Part shown: piece after piece, positions 30,144-39,959 of the stretch | How positions within the stretch are numbered: the stretch's first letter is position 1 | Layout of the letters: every line of letters begins with the position of its first letter | Origin: Candidatus Dadabacteria bacterium | Lineage (GTDB): Bacteria; Desulfobacterota_D; UBA1144; Nemesobacterales; CSP1-2 | Direction of reading: 5' to 3' | Length of the DNA stretch: 64,000 nt | NCBI GenBank assembly: GCA_963805855.1 | Contig: CAWDVW010000006.1 | Coordinates: forward strand, 32,001-96,000 | Notes under the pieces: model-generated | The model's input: only the letters and a program-made list of their open reading frames with translations | Database searches by the model: none | Told to the model about the DNA's origin: nothing | Position numbers and translations under genes: made by a program

Positions 30144-30437
30144 ATGAAAACACCTCCTGACTAAACGTGCATTTAATATCTCACAGTTTAAATCATTTGT
30201 CAATCAGTTTTTTTCAATAAACTAAGTTTATTGCATAACATAGAAATGTGTATAGGTGTCAGACTCCCGGGGCTCGATAGTCAGCGTAAAATATCTATTA
30301 TTTAATGATCGAGGTAAATGTTCCTATCTCCGTCAAAATTTGTCAGTCAGATTCTAATGCCAGGAGTGTCCGATGGGTATAACGCGAATTTTTCAAGTCT
30401 GTAACTTGATTATTTAAGTCTAAAACATGGGGACAGT

Positions 30438-31461
30438 TGTAGATGCTCAGTAATTAGGTAACTCTTTTGGTAAAATGAATTAATCAAAGGAGGCCTAATG
30501 AGACATCGAGATATTGTTATTGTAAAGAGAGGGATTCCTATTCTTGAGGAATACGAAAGAACAAGGGCCAAAGTAACCCCAAGACCATTTAGATTTGTAA
30601 AAGACCTTTGCGAAGCCCACCATATAAAGAAAAAAGAGCTGCGTCGTTACTATTGCAAATGGATAGAAGGCGGCCGAAAACAAGAGAGCCTTTTACCGGA
30701 TAAGCGGGGTCCAAAACCAGGGAGTCGTAGAACACCTAAGGAGATGGAAAGAAACATAGTAAAGGCATACAGGCGATTCGGATCCAATAGATATGAGTTA
30801 GTTCTATTATTTAAACCATATTACTTAGATAAGACACCTTCACCAGCCACGATGGATAGAATAAAGGCACGTTATCCATTAAACGGGTCTGCAAAGAAGA
30901 TTATCAAGCGTTACGAGAAGCAAGCCCCAGGAGAATTGGCTCACATTGATTTAAGCAAGGTACCGAGCGACATAAGATATTCTCTTAAGATAAAAGGGCT
31001 CTACATTGCAGCTTTGTGTGATGACTGTACACGCATTAGCTATGCTGAGATACTTAGGGATAAGAAAGCTTCAACATTAACGTATTTCATGGCACGTTCA
31101 TTGTCTTGGTTTAAACAAATATACAACTTTGAATTTGAGTCAATCATGTCAGATAATGGACCTGAATTTAGGGGCAAGCTGCGATATGAACATCCATTCG
31201 AGACGATGTGCCAGGAGTTAGGGATAAAGCATATTTATACAAGAACGAACAGGCCGCAAACAAATGGGAAGATAGAAGCATTTTTCAAGATAGCTAAGAA
31301 GGAGTTCTTTTATCCAAATAAATTTGAATCTGAAGAGGATCTAATCTTAAATTTAGGGAATTTCCTATTTGAATATAATCACCTTAGAAGACATGGGGGA
31401 TTGAATTATGAAACGCCATTTGATAAGTTACAAAAAGTTACCGAATTAGTGAGCTAGTACA
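30438..31461 (+). mobile_element. IS481-family insertion sequence
   Basis: TGT...ACA ends; imperfect terminal IRs TGTAGATGCTCAGTAATTAGGTAACT vs TGTACTAGCTCACTAATTCGGTAACT; ACAGT direct repeats at 30433-30437 and 31462-31466. Confidence 0.9.
30498..31457 (+). CDS. IS481-family DDE transposase
   Basis: PGELAHID, SDNGPEF, RPQTNGKIE, YNHLRRHGGL. Confidence 0.92.
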   Translation: MRHRDIVIVKRGIPILEEYERTRAKVTPRPFRFVKDLCEAHHIKKKELRRYYCKWIEGGRKQESLLPDKRGPKPGSRRTPKEMERNIVKAYRRFGSNRYELVLLFKPYYLDKTPSPATMDRIKARYPLNGSAKKIIKRYEKQAPGELAHIDLSKVPSDIRYSLKIKGLYIAALCDDCTRISYAEILRDKKASTLTYFMARSLSWFKQIYNFEFESIMSDNGPEFRGKLRYEHPFETMCQELGIKHIYTRTNRPQTNGKIEAFFKIAKKEFFYPNKFESEEDLILNLGNFLFEYNHLRRHGGLNYETPFDKLQKVTELVS

Positions 31462-31599
31462 ACAGTCCCCATATTTTTCTGATCTTCTTAACGCAATTTT
31501 TGGAAGGCTCTTCAAGTCCTTTTCATTCTGAAAAGGATTAATGAAGATAAATCTATTCGCTAAATCGTAGGATATTTGTCCTCGAATTACCTAACATCT

Positions 31600-32170
31600 A
31601 CGATCGCGAGGATATCGAAGCGATCTCCTATCTGCATTGGGTGAACAACCCTGCAGCAAGCTGCAGCGTATCAGCACGTAACAAACAGTCTCATACGCCA
31701 TTCCGAGGAGCCATGAGATAGGTCGAAGGGGACGAAGGAATCCCTTCTGTCATGAGCAAGCCTGTCACGAGCCGTTCGACAGGGCTCACGACAGGTCTTG
31801 TCGAGGGAACTCGTGACCTTTCGATATTGTCTAGTCAAAGATGTAGCGGAGGACTTTAGTCCTCCATAAAATAAAATTGATGGAAACCTAAAGGTTTCCT
31901 CTACATTTAGGATAAGACGGCCAGTCCGTTCGACAAACTGGGCAGTCTTGCCGGCGGGAAAAAGAGGAGATTGCTTCGGGATAAAACTCCTCGCACAGAC
32001 GCAAGTGGACCAAGCCTAGACCCAATTACTCTCCGCCATAAATATGGGGGGAACAAGTTTGATGGGGAGTCCAATACTCTGTCATGCTCGAGGATTCCCC
32101 GCTAGTAACATGCGTGGACAAGCCCCCGATAAAGGCATTCGAGTACATGCTTTATTGGGAATCCACACAG
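31600..32170. repeat. Cluster of REP-like palindromes of several families
   Basis: CCTGCAGCAAGCTGCAG; GTCGAAGGG/TTCGACAGGGCTCA; ATGTAGCGGAGGACTTTAGTCCTCC; GGAAACCTAAAGGTTTCCTCTACAT; GAGATTGCTTCG; no credible ORF. Confidence 0.65.
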
Positions 32171-32330
32171 AGGTCAAAGAAAAGACGCAAGGATTGTCTG
32201 GTTATTTTCTGATGCCCTTCACCTTACTGCCGGGAGTTTCAATTATATAAATATCCGAGCGTTAGGCCCCCTATTCACATCTTTAACTTGATTATTTAAT
32301 TGCGGTTGGGATAATATAAGGCCTAATACA

Positions 32331-32414
32331 GGGCAGGTGGCGAAACTGGCAGACGCGACGGCCTCAAAAGCCGTTGGACGAGAGTTCATGAGGGTTCGAG
32401 TCCCTCCCTGCCCA
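32331..32414 (+). tRNA. tRNA-Leu(CAA), CCA not encoded
   Basis: GGGCAGG/CCTGCCC acceptor stem; anticodon arm ACGGC-CTCAAAA-GCCGT; long variable arm; GGTTCGAGTCC. Confidence 0.95.
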
Positions 32415-32439
32415 GTCCTAAACGTGGTGCCGGGATGAA

Positions 32440-32467
32440 GTAGGGGCGGTCAATTGAACGCCCCTAG
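32440..32467 (+). repeat. GTAG-type REP-like hairpin
   Basis: GTAGGGGCGGTCAATTGAACGCCCCTAG. Confidence 0.55.
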
Positions 32468-32527
32468 TCCGTAAAGTTCGTCTTTTAGCGATTATTGGTC
32501 GATTGAAGAAATAACTGAAATGACCAC

Positions 32528-33679
32528 TCAATATCTGGGCATGGAGGGGTCATGCTTTTCTGCCCATGAATCGATGCCACCACCGAGATTCTTTACCCTC
32601 TTGAAACCCATGTGCCTCAGAAACCTGGTTGCCTGTAGGCTTCTCATTCCATGATGGCAATGAATTATGATATCATCTGCTGTGTCAAGTTCATTGATCC
32701 TAGATGGTAAGTCACCCAATGGTATTAATTTAGAACCGTTTATCTTGCATATTTCATACTCATGGGGTTCCCTCACATCCAGTATCACTAAGTTGTTGCT
32801 TTTATTTGATAGGATGTCCTTAAATTCATCGACTGTAATCTCGATGTCGGAAACATCTCCGATTACCTCAGGGTCCCCGCGTCCAATTCCGCAAAACTCC
32901 TCATAATCGATGAGTTTCGTTATTGTCGGATTTTTACCGCAAATGGGGCAACTTGAATCCTTTCTGAGTTTTAACTCCCTGATTTTCATCTCCATCACAT
33001 CTAAGAAGAGAAGCTTTCCAATCAAAGGTTGACCTTTGCCGATAATAAGCTTGATCGCTTCAGCAGCCTGCAGAGTCCCGATAATACCGGGAAGTATTCC
33101 TAATACCCCACCTTCTGCACAGCTTGGTACCATCCCCGGTGGTGGGGGCTCAGGGTAAAGGCATCTATAGCATGGCCCTCTCTTTGCGTCGAATACACTC
33201 ACCTGACCTTCGAATCTGAAAATGCTTCCATAGACATTCGGTTTCCCCAGGAGTACACATGCATCATTGACCAAGTAACGCGTAGCAAAGTTATCTGTTC
33301 CATCGATTATGACATCGTAATCCTCAATTATTTCCATTGCATTACCGGATGTTAGCATCGTGTTGTAAGTCTGAACGCTGATGTCTGAATTAAGCTCCAT
33401 GAGTCTTTCTTTTGCAGATTCGACCTTTAGCTTACCGATGTTTTTTTCGCTATGTATAATCTGCCTTTGAAGGTTGCTGAAATCCACAACATCAAAATCG
33501 AGGATCCCAAGTTTACCAACTCCGGCTGCGGCTAAATACAATGCTAGTGGAGAACCAAGGCCTCCGGCTCCTATACACAAGACCTTGGATTCAAGCAGTT
33601 TCTCCTGCCCTTCAACCCCTACCTCAGGCATTATCAAATGTCTGCTGTAGCGACTGACTTGCTCTTTAGTGAGATTCAT
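32528..33679 (-). CDS. moeB: MoeB/MoeZ adenylyltransferase with rhodanese domain
   Basis: RYSRH, GAGGLG, SNLQRQ, CYRC, SCAEGGVLG; rhodanese HCHHGMRS. Confidence 0.93.
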   Translation of the reverse strand: MNLTKEQVSRYSRHLIMPEVGVEGQEKLLESKVLCIGAGGLGSPLALYLAAAGVGKLGILDFDVVDFSNLQRQIIHSEKNIGKLKVESAKERLMELNSDISVQTYNTMLTSGNAMEIIEDYDVIIDGTDNFATRYLVNDACVLLGKPNVYGSIFRFEGQVSVFDAKRGPCYRCLYPEPPPPGMVPSCAEGGVLGILPGIIGTLQAAEAIKLIIGKGQPLIGKLLFLDVMEMKIRELKLRKDSSCPICGKNPTITKLIDYEEFCGIGRGDPEVIGDVSDIEITVDEFKDILSNKSNNLVILDVREPHEYEICKINGSKLIPLGDLPSRINELDTADDIIIHCHHGMRSLQATRFLRHMGFKRVKNLGGGIDSWAEKHDPSMPRY

Positions 33680-33814
33680 CGACTAATACCATCCGTTTTT
33701 AATTATCTTCTTGAGGATTAATAAAATATAACACAAACATTAAAATTTCAAATCTAATTTTTGATTGTGGCTGTTGAGCCGATCCCTAATATCTATTTCG
33801 ATTCATAAGGGGGC

Positions 33815-34576
33815 TTATAGATTCATCTGTCTACGATTTATAAACGGGGCATGAATTTGATCCTTCTTATAGTTGCCGGTCAGAGCATAAATTATGATGT
33901 TGATACCTGTTCTGAAGGCGAGCTCTCTTTGAGATTCGCCGCCGGGAATGCATTCATATTGCCACCTGCCGAATTCGTCTTCAGACCATGCCCCACCCAG
34001 GTCATTCCGCGAGTAGATTAATGCGGTTCTCTCTTCATCTTCAAATGTTATTCCCTCGAGATAGGGTTTAATTATTCTGCGGCCGCTTGGCATGCCGAGA
34101 AGGTAAAAGGATCTATATAAGACATGGTCCCTTGGGATTCTTTCAAGTGAGTATTCTGGGAAGATCCTATCTGTTTCTAAACGAACCTGGTTATCAAAAG
34201 GCGAATTTTCTTCACCTGACACGTCATCGATCAGTAAAGTTCCTCCAAGTGTCAGAAATTTTCGGATTCTTTTTATTTCCGTTTCAGAGAATGGCTCAAA
34301 AGAGCCCCTTCCGGCTAAATAGAGAAAGGGGAAATGGAAAAGGTCCGGTGAATCAATCTCTATTTCCGTTTTTTGAAATGACGCTTTTACACTTGTTCTT
34401 AAGTCCAGTGTAGACATTAGCCTCCTGTATGCCCTGGGCCTGGGATCCCATTCGCCATTGTACTTTACCTGCGCGAAATAGAATTGGGATGCTCTATACG
34501 TGGCACTTAGAGGCAAATTTATTGATAAGACACCTCCGGTAAGAAAGAGGTTCAGGAATTCCCTTCGTGTTATCAC
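33815..34576 (-). CDS. DUF4159-domain protein with Tat-like signal
   Basis: TRREFL; FPFLYLAG, GGTLLIDD, NDLGGAW, GINIIIYALTGNYKKDQ. Confidence 0.75.
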   Translation of the reverse strand: MITRREFLNLFLTGGVLSINLPLSATYRASQFYFAQVKYNGEWDPRPRAYRRLMSTLDLRTSVKASFQKTEIEIDSPDLFHFPFLYLAGRGSFEPFSETEIKRIRKFLTLGGTLLIDDVSGEENSPFDNQVRLETDRIFPEYSLERIPRDHVLYRSFYLLGMPSGRRIIKPYLEGITFEDEERTALIYSRNDLGGAWSEDEFGRWQYECIPGGESQRELAFRTGINIIIYALTGNYKKDQIHAPFINRRQMNL

Positions 34577-34691
34577 AACTGTTTAATATTGATGATTTAG
34601 CCTCCAGGTGTCAAGCGAAAATTGCTATGATGCGGGCTCAAATCTTCAGCACTTTGGTATTTGATAAATCCAGGGCTATTGGTTAACTTAG

Positions 34692-35849
34692 TTGCCAATG
34701 GCTGAGGTTGACTTAAAAAAAAGGTCTCTTGCCGAGTACAGGGTTGAATTTCCCGTAACGAAGAAATTCATTTATCTCGACCATGCCGCAGTTGCCCCAT
34801 TGTCAAAAAGGGTCAAGGATACCGTAAATAAATTCCTAACAGAAGCGACCGAGGCGGCTTTTTTTAAATATAGTTACTGGATGGGTAGAGTCGAGGAAAT
34901 CAGGGGAAACTGTGCCGAGTTAGTTGGTTCTGAGAAAGAGGAAATTGCATTCATCAAAAATACGTCGCATGGTATTTCATTAGTTGCTGAAGGGCTTGAT
35001 TGGAAGGAGGGTGACAACGTTATCATTTTTGAGAAAGAGTTTCCCTCTAACATTTATCCGTGGCTCAATCTAGAGAGAAAGGGCGTTAAAGTGAAGTTTA
35101 TTCCTGCAAGGGGAAATATGATTTACATAGATGATATTGAGGAAATGATAGACGCAAATACGAGACTCCTTTCTATTAGCTCGGTACAGTTTTCTAACGG
35201 ATTTAGGGTTGATTTGGAAAGGTTGGGTGAACTTTGTAGGAGGAGAAAGGTTTTACTTTTTGTAGACGCGATTCAGAGCTTAGGAATAGCTCCAATGAAT
35301 GTGAGTGAGTTAGGAATTGATTTTCTTGCGTCGGACGGACACAAGTGGCTGCTCGGCCCGGAAGGGGCCGGGATATTTTATTGCAGACATGAACTTGCCG
35401 AGCTATTAAAACCTTCTCTGATAGGGTGGAAGAGCGTTGTAAATGAGAACGATTACGATCATATAGACTTTCGACTCAAAACCGATTCGCTCAGATTTGA
35501 AGAGGGTTCACTCAATGTTATGGGAATCATGGCTCTTGGCGCGGCGGTTGATCTACTTCTTGAAGTCGGGATTGACAGGATCGGCGAAAGGATACTTGAC
35601 CTTGGGGATTTGATTGTTGAGGAAGCTGAGAAGAGGGGATCGGAAATTAGATCACCAAGGGATAGAAAGCATCGGGCTGGAATTAATTCTATAATGGGAA
35701 ATTTTGATCCTATCGGTGTTAAGGATAGAATGAGGGCTGTTGGCATATTGGTTAATGTTAGGAGTGGGGCAATTCGGGTTGCACCTCATTTCTATAATAC
35801 GGAGGATGAGATACTGAAGTTTTTTACTGAGTTGGATAAACTAATGTGA
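34692..35849 (+). CDS. Class V PLP-dependent aminotransferase-like enzyme
   Basis: YLDHAAVAP, VDAIQ, DGHKWLLGP (PLP Lys), RVAPHFYNT. Confidence 0.9.
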   Translation: MPMAEVDLKKRSLAEYRVEFPVTKKFIYLDHAAVAPLSKRVKDTVNKFLTEATEAAFFKYSYWMGRVEEIRGNCAELVGSEKEEIAFIKNTSHGISLVAEGLDWKEGDNVIIFEKEFPSNIYPWLNLERKGVKVKFIPARGNMIYIDDIEEMIDANTRLLSISSVQFSNGFRVDLERLGELCRRRKVLLFVDAIQSLGIAPMNVSELGIDFLASDGHKWLLGPEGAGIFYCRHELAELLKPSLIGWKSVVNENDYDHIDFRLKTDSLRFEEGSLNVMGIMALGAAVDLLLEVGIDRIGERILDLGDLIVEEAEKRGSEIRSPRDRKHRAGINSIMGNFDPIGVKDRMRAVGILVNVRSGAIRVAPHFYNTEDEILKFFTELDKLM

Positions 35850-36027
35850 TTCATGTAACGACTGATTATTCGGCACCTTCGGGCGTTTAGAATTCTGAAG
35901 AATAATTGAAAATCAGCATCGATTGAAGATTCGATACGCCGATTAAGCAGCTGAATGCATATAGATCCTTACTCATATTATCCAGTTAATGACTTGACAA
36001 TGTTTCAGGTTAACTTACCCGTGAAGA

Positions 36028-38265
36028 TTAGCCGCTTCTGCTAATCATAATTAGTGGGCATGATGTTTCCCGTGCAATTTGCAAGGCCAATTTCCCGAAT
36101 TTCTTACGTCTGCGCGCGAGGCGCTGAAGGCCGAGTATAACAAGATCGCTTTCGGCTGCGTTTTTGGTGATTTCGTTTAATACATTGTTGTTCAGTGCAA
36201 TCTTCACTTTGGGAACACCGGGAACTTCGTCGTTGGCTAGTTTGTCCAGTGCTTTGAGAGCCCTGTCGAATTCAACCTGTGACGCCTTTTCGGGTAATAC
36301 CCGAATGAATGTTATCTCCCTTGCACTAGTCCTGTAGAGGCTTCCAAGTAAACGTGCGCGAACCTCATCATGATCGCCCCGGCCCCCTATAGGAACCAGT
36401 ATTTTGTTCACCTCGGATAATCGCCATCCCTGCGGGGCGCGTAAAATAACAACATCACTGTCTACAGAACTCATTAACTCCTCAAGGTTTTTTTCGGTAA
36501 AGTCTTCGTTAAGATTGCTGAGTCCCAGAAGCAGGCTTTGACACCTATGGATACGAGACACACGTATGATCTCGGACCATGGTCTCGGCGACACGGTGGT
36601 AAGTGCCTCTGGTGAGAGACCAGCTGAAAAAGAAGCTATCAGGGCTTCACGCAGGACAGCCTGAGTATCCACTAATTGTTTGGGAAGATTTTCTGGATCC
36701 CACTCTTCTGGCGCCGACACCACCGATAGTAATAGGACTCTTCCAAAATTGGGCGGTGCGAGTGCATTCGCGAGTTTTACCATCGCCTCTGCGTTCGATG
36801 GATTTGCGATTGGAACCAGTACGAGGGGATTCTTCCCCCGCAATCGAGCAAGTTTCGGATCTATCGCCTGTGTAAGTGCGTCGACGATTCGGGCTCTTCT
36901 GGCAAAGATAACCAAAAATAATATTCCTCCTATTCCAAGTGCAATGCTTATTATCAAACCTGCTAGGGGTACTGCGATTCCCTGAAAGACCGCAAGACCT
37001 ATACATGTTGTTAACCCAATTGCAGGGATCAGTGGAAACCACGGTGTTCTAAAGTGCCGTTGCGTAGGATCGCCACGCCGTCTTGCAACAATAGAGATCC
37101 AGTGAGCGACCGCGAATGATATCAGAAAAACTAGGCTTGCAGCGGCTCCGGCTACTGCTACATTCGGGATGATGATCACGATAGCCGCCGTTATGACTGT
37201 TGTTGTGATTATGGCGGGGAGCGGAGTACCATAAGTAGCGTTCAGGGCGCCTAGGGTTTGCGGAAGTGTTCTATCGCGTGCCATTGTAAATGCGAACCTA
37301 GATGATGCAAGCAGATTCGCATAGAGCGCGGACAGCATGGAAAAGATCCCGGCAAATATGACAAGCCAGTATCCAAACCGACCGAGATAGTTTTGGGCGG
37401 CAATGGCAACGATTTCTGCGGGATTCTCGCTGCTTAGGGTAACAATGGACTGTCCAGATTTTATACCAACCGTCGCGATGAAAAACAGCAATGGAAGATA
37501 GATAGCAAGCGCAATTAACAATGAAACGAACATCGCCCTCGGGATTGTTTTTTCCGGTTCACGAACCTCACCCCCTATTGCAGCGATAAGGTCGAATCCC
37601 TGAAGGGCGATGAATGTGTATCCCATGGCTTGAATTAATCCCAGTATACCGAATGGCAAGAAAGGTTCTAACCTGCCAATCATTTCTCCACTAGACTGTC
37701 TATTAAAAGCTATATACCCCCCCACGACAAGGACGACGAAAACCAGTACTTTACCGATGTTTGCCCATTGTCCTCCGCTGGTACCCTTTCTGATCAGACC
37801 ATATGCATAAAAAGAAGTGGCACTCAGGGCAAACACAGTAACCATGGCTCCTCCGGTAATCCATGGGGGAGAGGGACCGATCAGCCAGCTCCATAAATTA
37901 TCTATCAGGATTACTACAAAAGAAGCGAATCCAATCGCGTAAAGCACCGCTGCAACAATAGACGCAAACCAAATCACCCAACCAACTGCAAATGCAACCT
38001 CGACTGATACTACCTTCTTGGCGAATGTATATGTGCCTCCAGACTCCGGAAATGTTGTGGACAGTTCGGCAAAGCTTAATGCGGTTATTAAGGCGATTAA
38101 TCCATTGAGTGCAAATGCAATGATAGCTCCAGGCCCGGTAGTTGCGAATGCAACGCCGGCCAGGGCAAGTATGCCTCCGCCAACTATAGCACCAACGCCA
38201 ACTCCAATCGTGCCCATCAGACCAAATTGGCGTTGCCCATGCATATTGCTATTCATTTCGGTCAC
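36028..38265 (-). CDS. APC-family amino acid permease with C-terminal universal-stress-like domains
   Basis: GAIVGGGI, FAELSTTFPESGG, EVREPEKTIPRA; C-terminal VLVPIANP and ILVPIGG segments. Confidence 0.88.
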   Translation of the reverse strand: MTEMNSNMHGQRQFGLMGTIGVGVGAIVGGGILALAGVAFATTGPGAIIAFALNGLIALITALSFAELSTTFPESGGTYTFAKKVVSVEVAFAVGWVIWFASIVAAVLYAIGFASFVVILIDNLWSWLIGPSPPWITGGAMVTVFALSATSFYAYGLIRKGTSGGQWANIGKVLVFVVLVVGGYIAFNRQSSGEMIGRLEPFLPFGILGLIQAMGYTFIALQGFDLIAAIGGEVREPEKTIPRAMFVSLLIALAIYLPLLFFIATVGIKSGQSIVTLSSENPAEIVAIAAQNYLGRFGYWLVIFAGIFSMLSALYANLLASSRFAFTMARDRTLPQTLGALNATYGTPLPAIITTTVITAAIVIIIPNVAVAGAAASLVFLISFAVAHWISIVARRRGDPTQRHFRTPWFPLIPAIGLTTCIGLAVFQGIAVPLAGLIISIALGIGGILFLVIFARRARIVDALTQAIDPKLARLRGKNPLVLVPIANPSNAEAMVKLANALAPPNFGRVLLLSVVSAPEEWDPENLPKQLVDTQAVLREALIASFSAGLSPEALTTVSPRPWSEIIRVSRIHRCQSLLLGLSNLNEDFTEKNLEELMSSVDSDVVILRAPQGWRLSEVNKILVPIGGRGDHDEVRARLLGSLYRTSAREITFIRVLPEKASQVEFDRALKALDKLANDEVPGVPKVKIALNNNVLNEITKNAAESDLVILGLQRLARRRKKFGKLALQIARETSCPLIMISRSG

Positions 38266-38352
38266 GAATTATCTCTATGTTCAGATATAAATGATTCTAT
38301 CTGTTTTGGTGTAAATTGGGAGTATGTGTAATAGACATTAAATAGAGAAAAC

Positions 38353-39213
38353 TTAATCCGTTAGATGTCTACCCGTTTGAATGTTGATTTCGAATTCCAA
38401 TCTTGATGTTGCTTGACCCCCCCTATAGGTCCCTGAAATCGGGGCAGCAGATTCAGGAGTAATGCCCGATGCTAATGCAACATGGGTATTTGATACCGCC
38501 AACCCGAAACTAGGATCGAAACCCCGCCATCCACCACCCGGTATATATACCTCTGCCCATGCATGCAGATGCTTTTCGGTATTTGTCGACTCTCCGTTCT
38601 TGTATCCGCTCACAAATCTCGCGGCTATTCCCAAAGCACGGCAAGCATCTATAAATAGTACGACGAGGTCTCTGCAGGCACCTTTTTTTTTGGCAAGGGT
38701 GACTTCAGGAGGGTATGGATTTCCGCTTTCTCTAAAGATATGTTCAAAATTATTACAAATATACAAGCTAAGAGTTCTTAAAAATGCCGGTGTTTGATTA
38801 TTTGCCTCCTCTGATATATCGGTAGCTAATTTGTTAACCTCCGCATTTATACTGTCACGGCGTTGATATGGAATTAAAAAATGCCTGTAATAATCTGGAT
38901 AGGATATAGGCAGGTTAAGTGCCTCTTCGTTGTGTACTATGAAGTCAAAAGGATTTTTCCTGAGTGTCTCGACGACTGAAATAGTAGAAATTGTTAGTTC
39001 GTTGTGTAAGCCCTCGAACCACAGAGATATGGTATCATTTCCCTCAAGATCGACGCAGTCTGATTTTCCTACTTGAGGTGGTTCCACTTTTATTGCGAAT
39101 TTGTGCAGCTTTTGTGAGCAATCGTTTCGCGGCCTTAAACGAAGTGTGTGTGGCTCAAGAAAAACCTGTTTATTGTATTTATATCTTGTGATATGGCTGA
39201 TCTTAAAAATCAT
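38353..39213 (-). CDS. Transglutaminase family protein with Bact_transglu_N domain
   Basis: HITRYKY, LRLRPR, triad GACRD / HAWAE / FDP; ATG 39213 just after the Anbu stop. Confidence 0.92.
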   Translation of the reverse strand: MIFKISHITRYKYNKQVFLEPHTLRLRPRNDCSQKLHKFAIKVEPPQVGKSDCVDLEGNDTISLWFEGLHNELTISTISVVETLRKNPFDFIVHNEEALNLPISYPDYYRHFLIPYQRRDSINAEVNKLATDISEEANNQTPAFLRTLSLYICNNFEHIFRESGNPYPPEVTLAKKKGACRDLVVLFIDACRALGIAARFVSGYKNGESTNTEKHLHAWAEVYIPGGGWRGFDPSFGLAVSNTHVALASGITPESAAPISGTYRGGQATSRLEFEINIQTGRHLTD

Positions 39214-39218
39214 ATAAT

Positions 39219-39959
39219 TTAGATATGGCTTTTCTTCGGTACCTTCGATAATGCCTTCAGTATCCAATCGGAAGAGATTTCAGATACTGAACTTTTAATG
39301 CGATCCTGCCACCATTCGGAGATATGTATTAAATTTCGCATTTCGTAACGTTGTTCTACGACTACGTAAGAGTCCTTTTGGTATATAACGACATCGATCG
39401 GAAAATCTACATCGGAAGCGCTCGTTCTAGTGGCATCAAAGGCCAGATACCCTATCTTCAAGGCCGTCTCTATACCCGATTCATATGTTAGGGCACGATC
39501 CAGGATCGGTTTTCCAAAGCTGGATTCGCCTATCAAGTAATAGGGGGTGCCCTGTCCCACTTCAACCCAGTTTCCTTGAGGATACAGGAGGTAAAGTTTG
39601 TGTTCCTTGTCCCGTTCCAACTGGCCTCCTATGATCGAATAGAGATTAAATTGGAGTCCACTTTCTGCTAAGGCCTTTTTATCCTCATCGGCTACGCGCC
39701 TAACCATCGTTGCAAATGCGTTTACGGCCTTATACAGCTTATCGAAATTCTCATCGCTTTCCTCGAGAACCTCGCTGAAATATGTGAGGGCCTTGTCACG
39801 CAATGATCTGAGGCCCGAGGTCATAAGAAACATTGAGTGGTTACCATGTTGGTGAATAGTTACCTTACGTGCAGTTATACACTCGGAACCACTTGTCACA
39901 AGGGTGTCTGCAATTCCAACTAGGCCATCTTTGACTTTCATTCCGACACAAAAGGTCAT
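39219..39959 (-). CDS. Proteasome-type Ntn protease (Anbu)
   Basis: N-terminal M-T-F-C (Thr1 nucleophile), IADT, LYPQGNW, IGESSFGKPILDR; operon context. Confidence 0.88.
   Translation of the reverse strand: MTFCVGMKVKDGLVGIADTLVTSGSECITARKVTIHQHGNHSMFLMTSGLRSLRDKALTYFSEVLEESDENFDKLYKAVNAFATMVRRVADEDKKALAESGLQFNLYSIIGGQLERDKEHKLYLLYPQGNWVEVGQGTPYYLIGESSFGKPILDRALTYESGIETALKIGYLAFDATRTSASDVDFPIDVVIYQKDSYVVVEQRYEMRNLIHISEWWQDRIKSSVSEISSDWILKALSKVPKKSHI

Noticed and set aside
31600-32250. Possible CRISPR array or 68-aa CDS in the repeat cluster
   Set aside because: No constant repeat with regular unique spacers and no cas genes; the ORF is translated repeat sequence
34692-35849. Calling this SufS/IscS cysteine desulfurase
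   Set aside because: The catalytic Cys loop is absent
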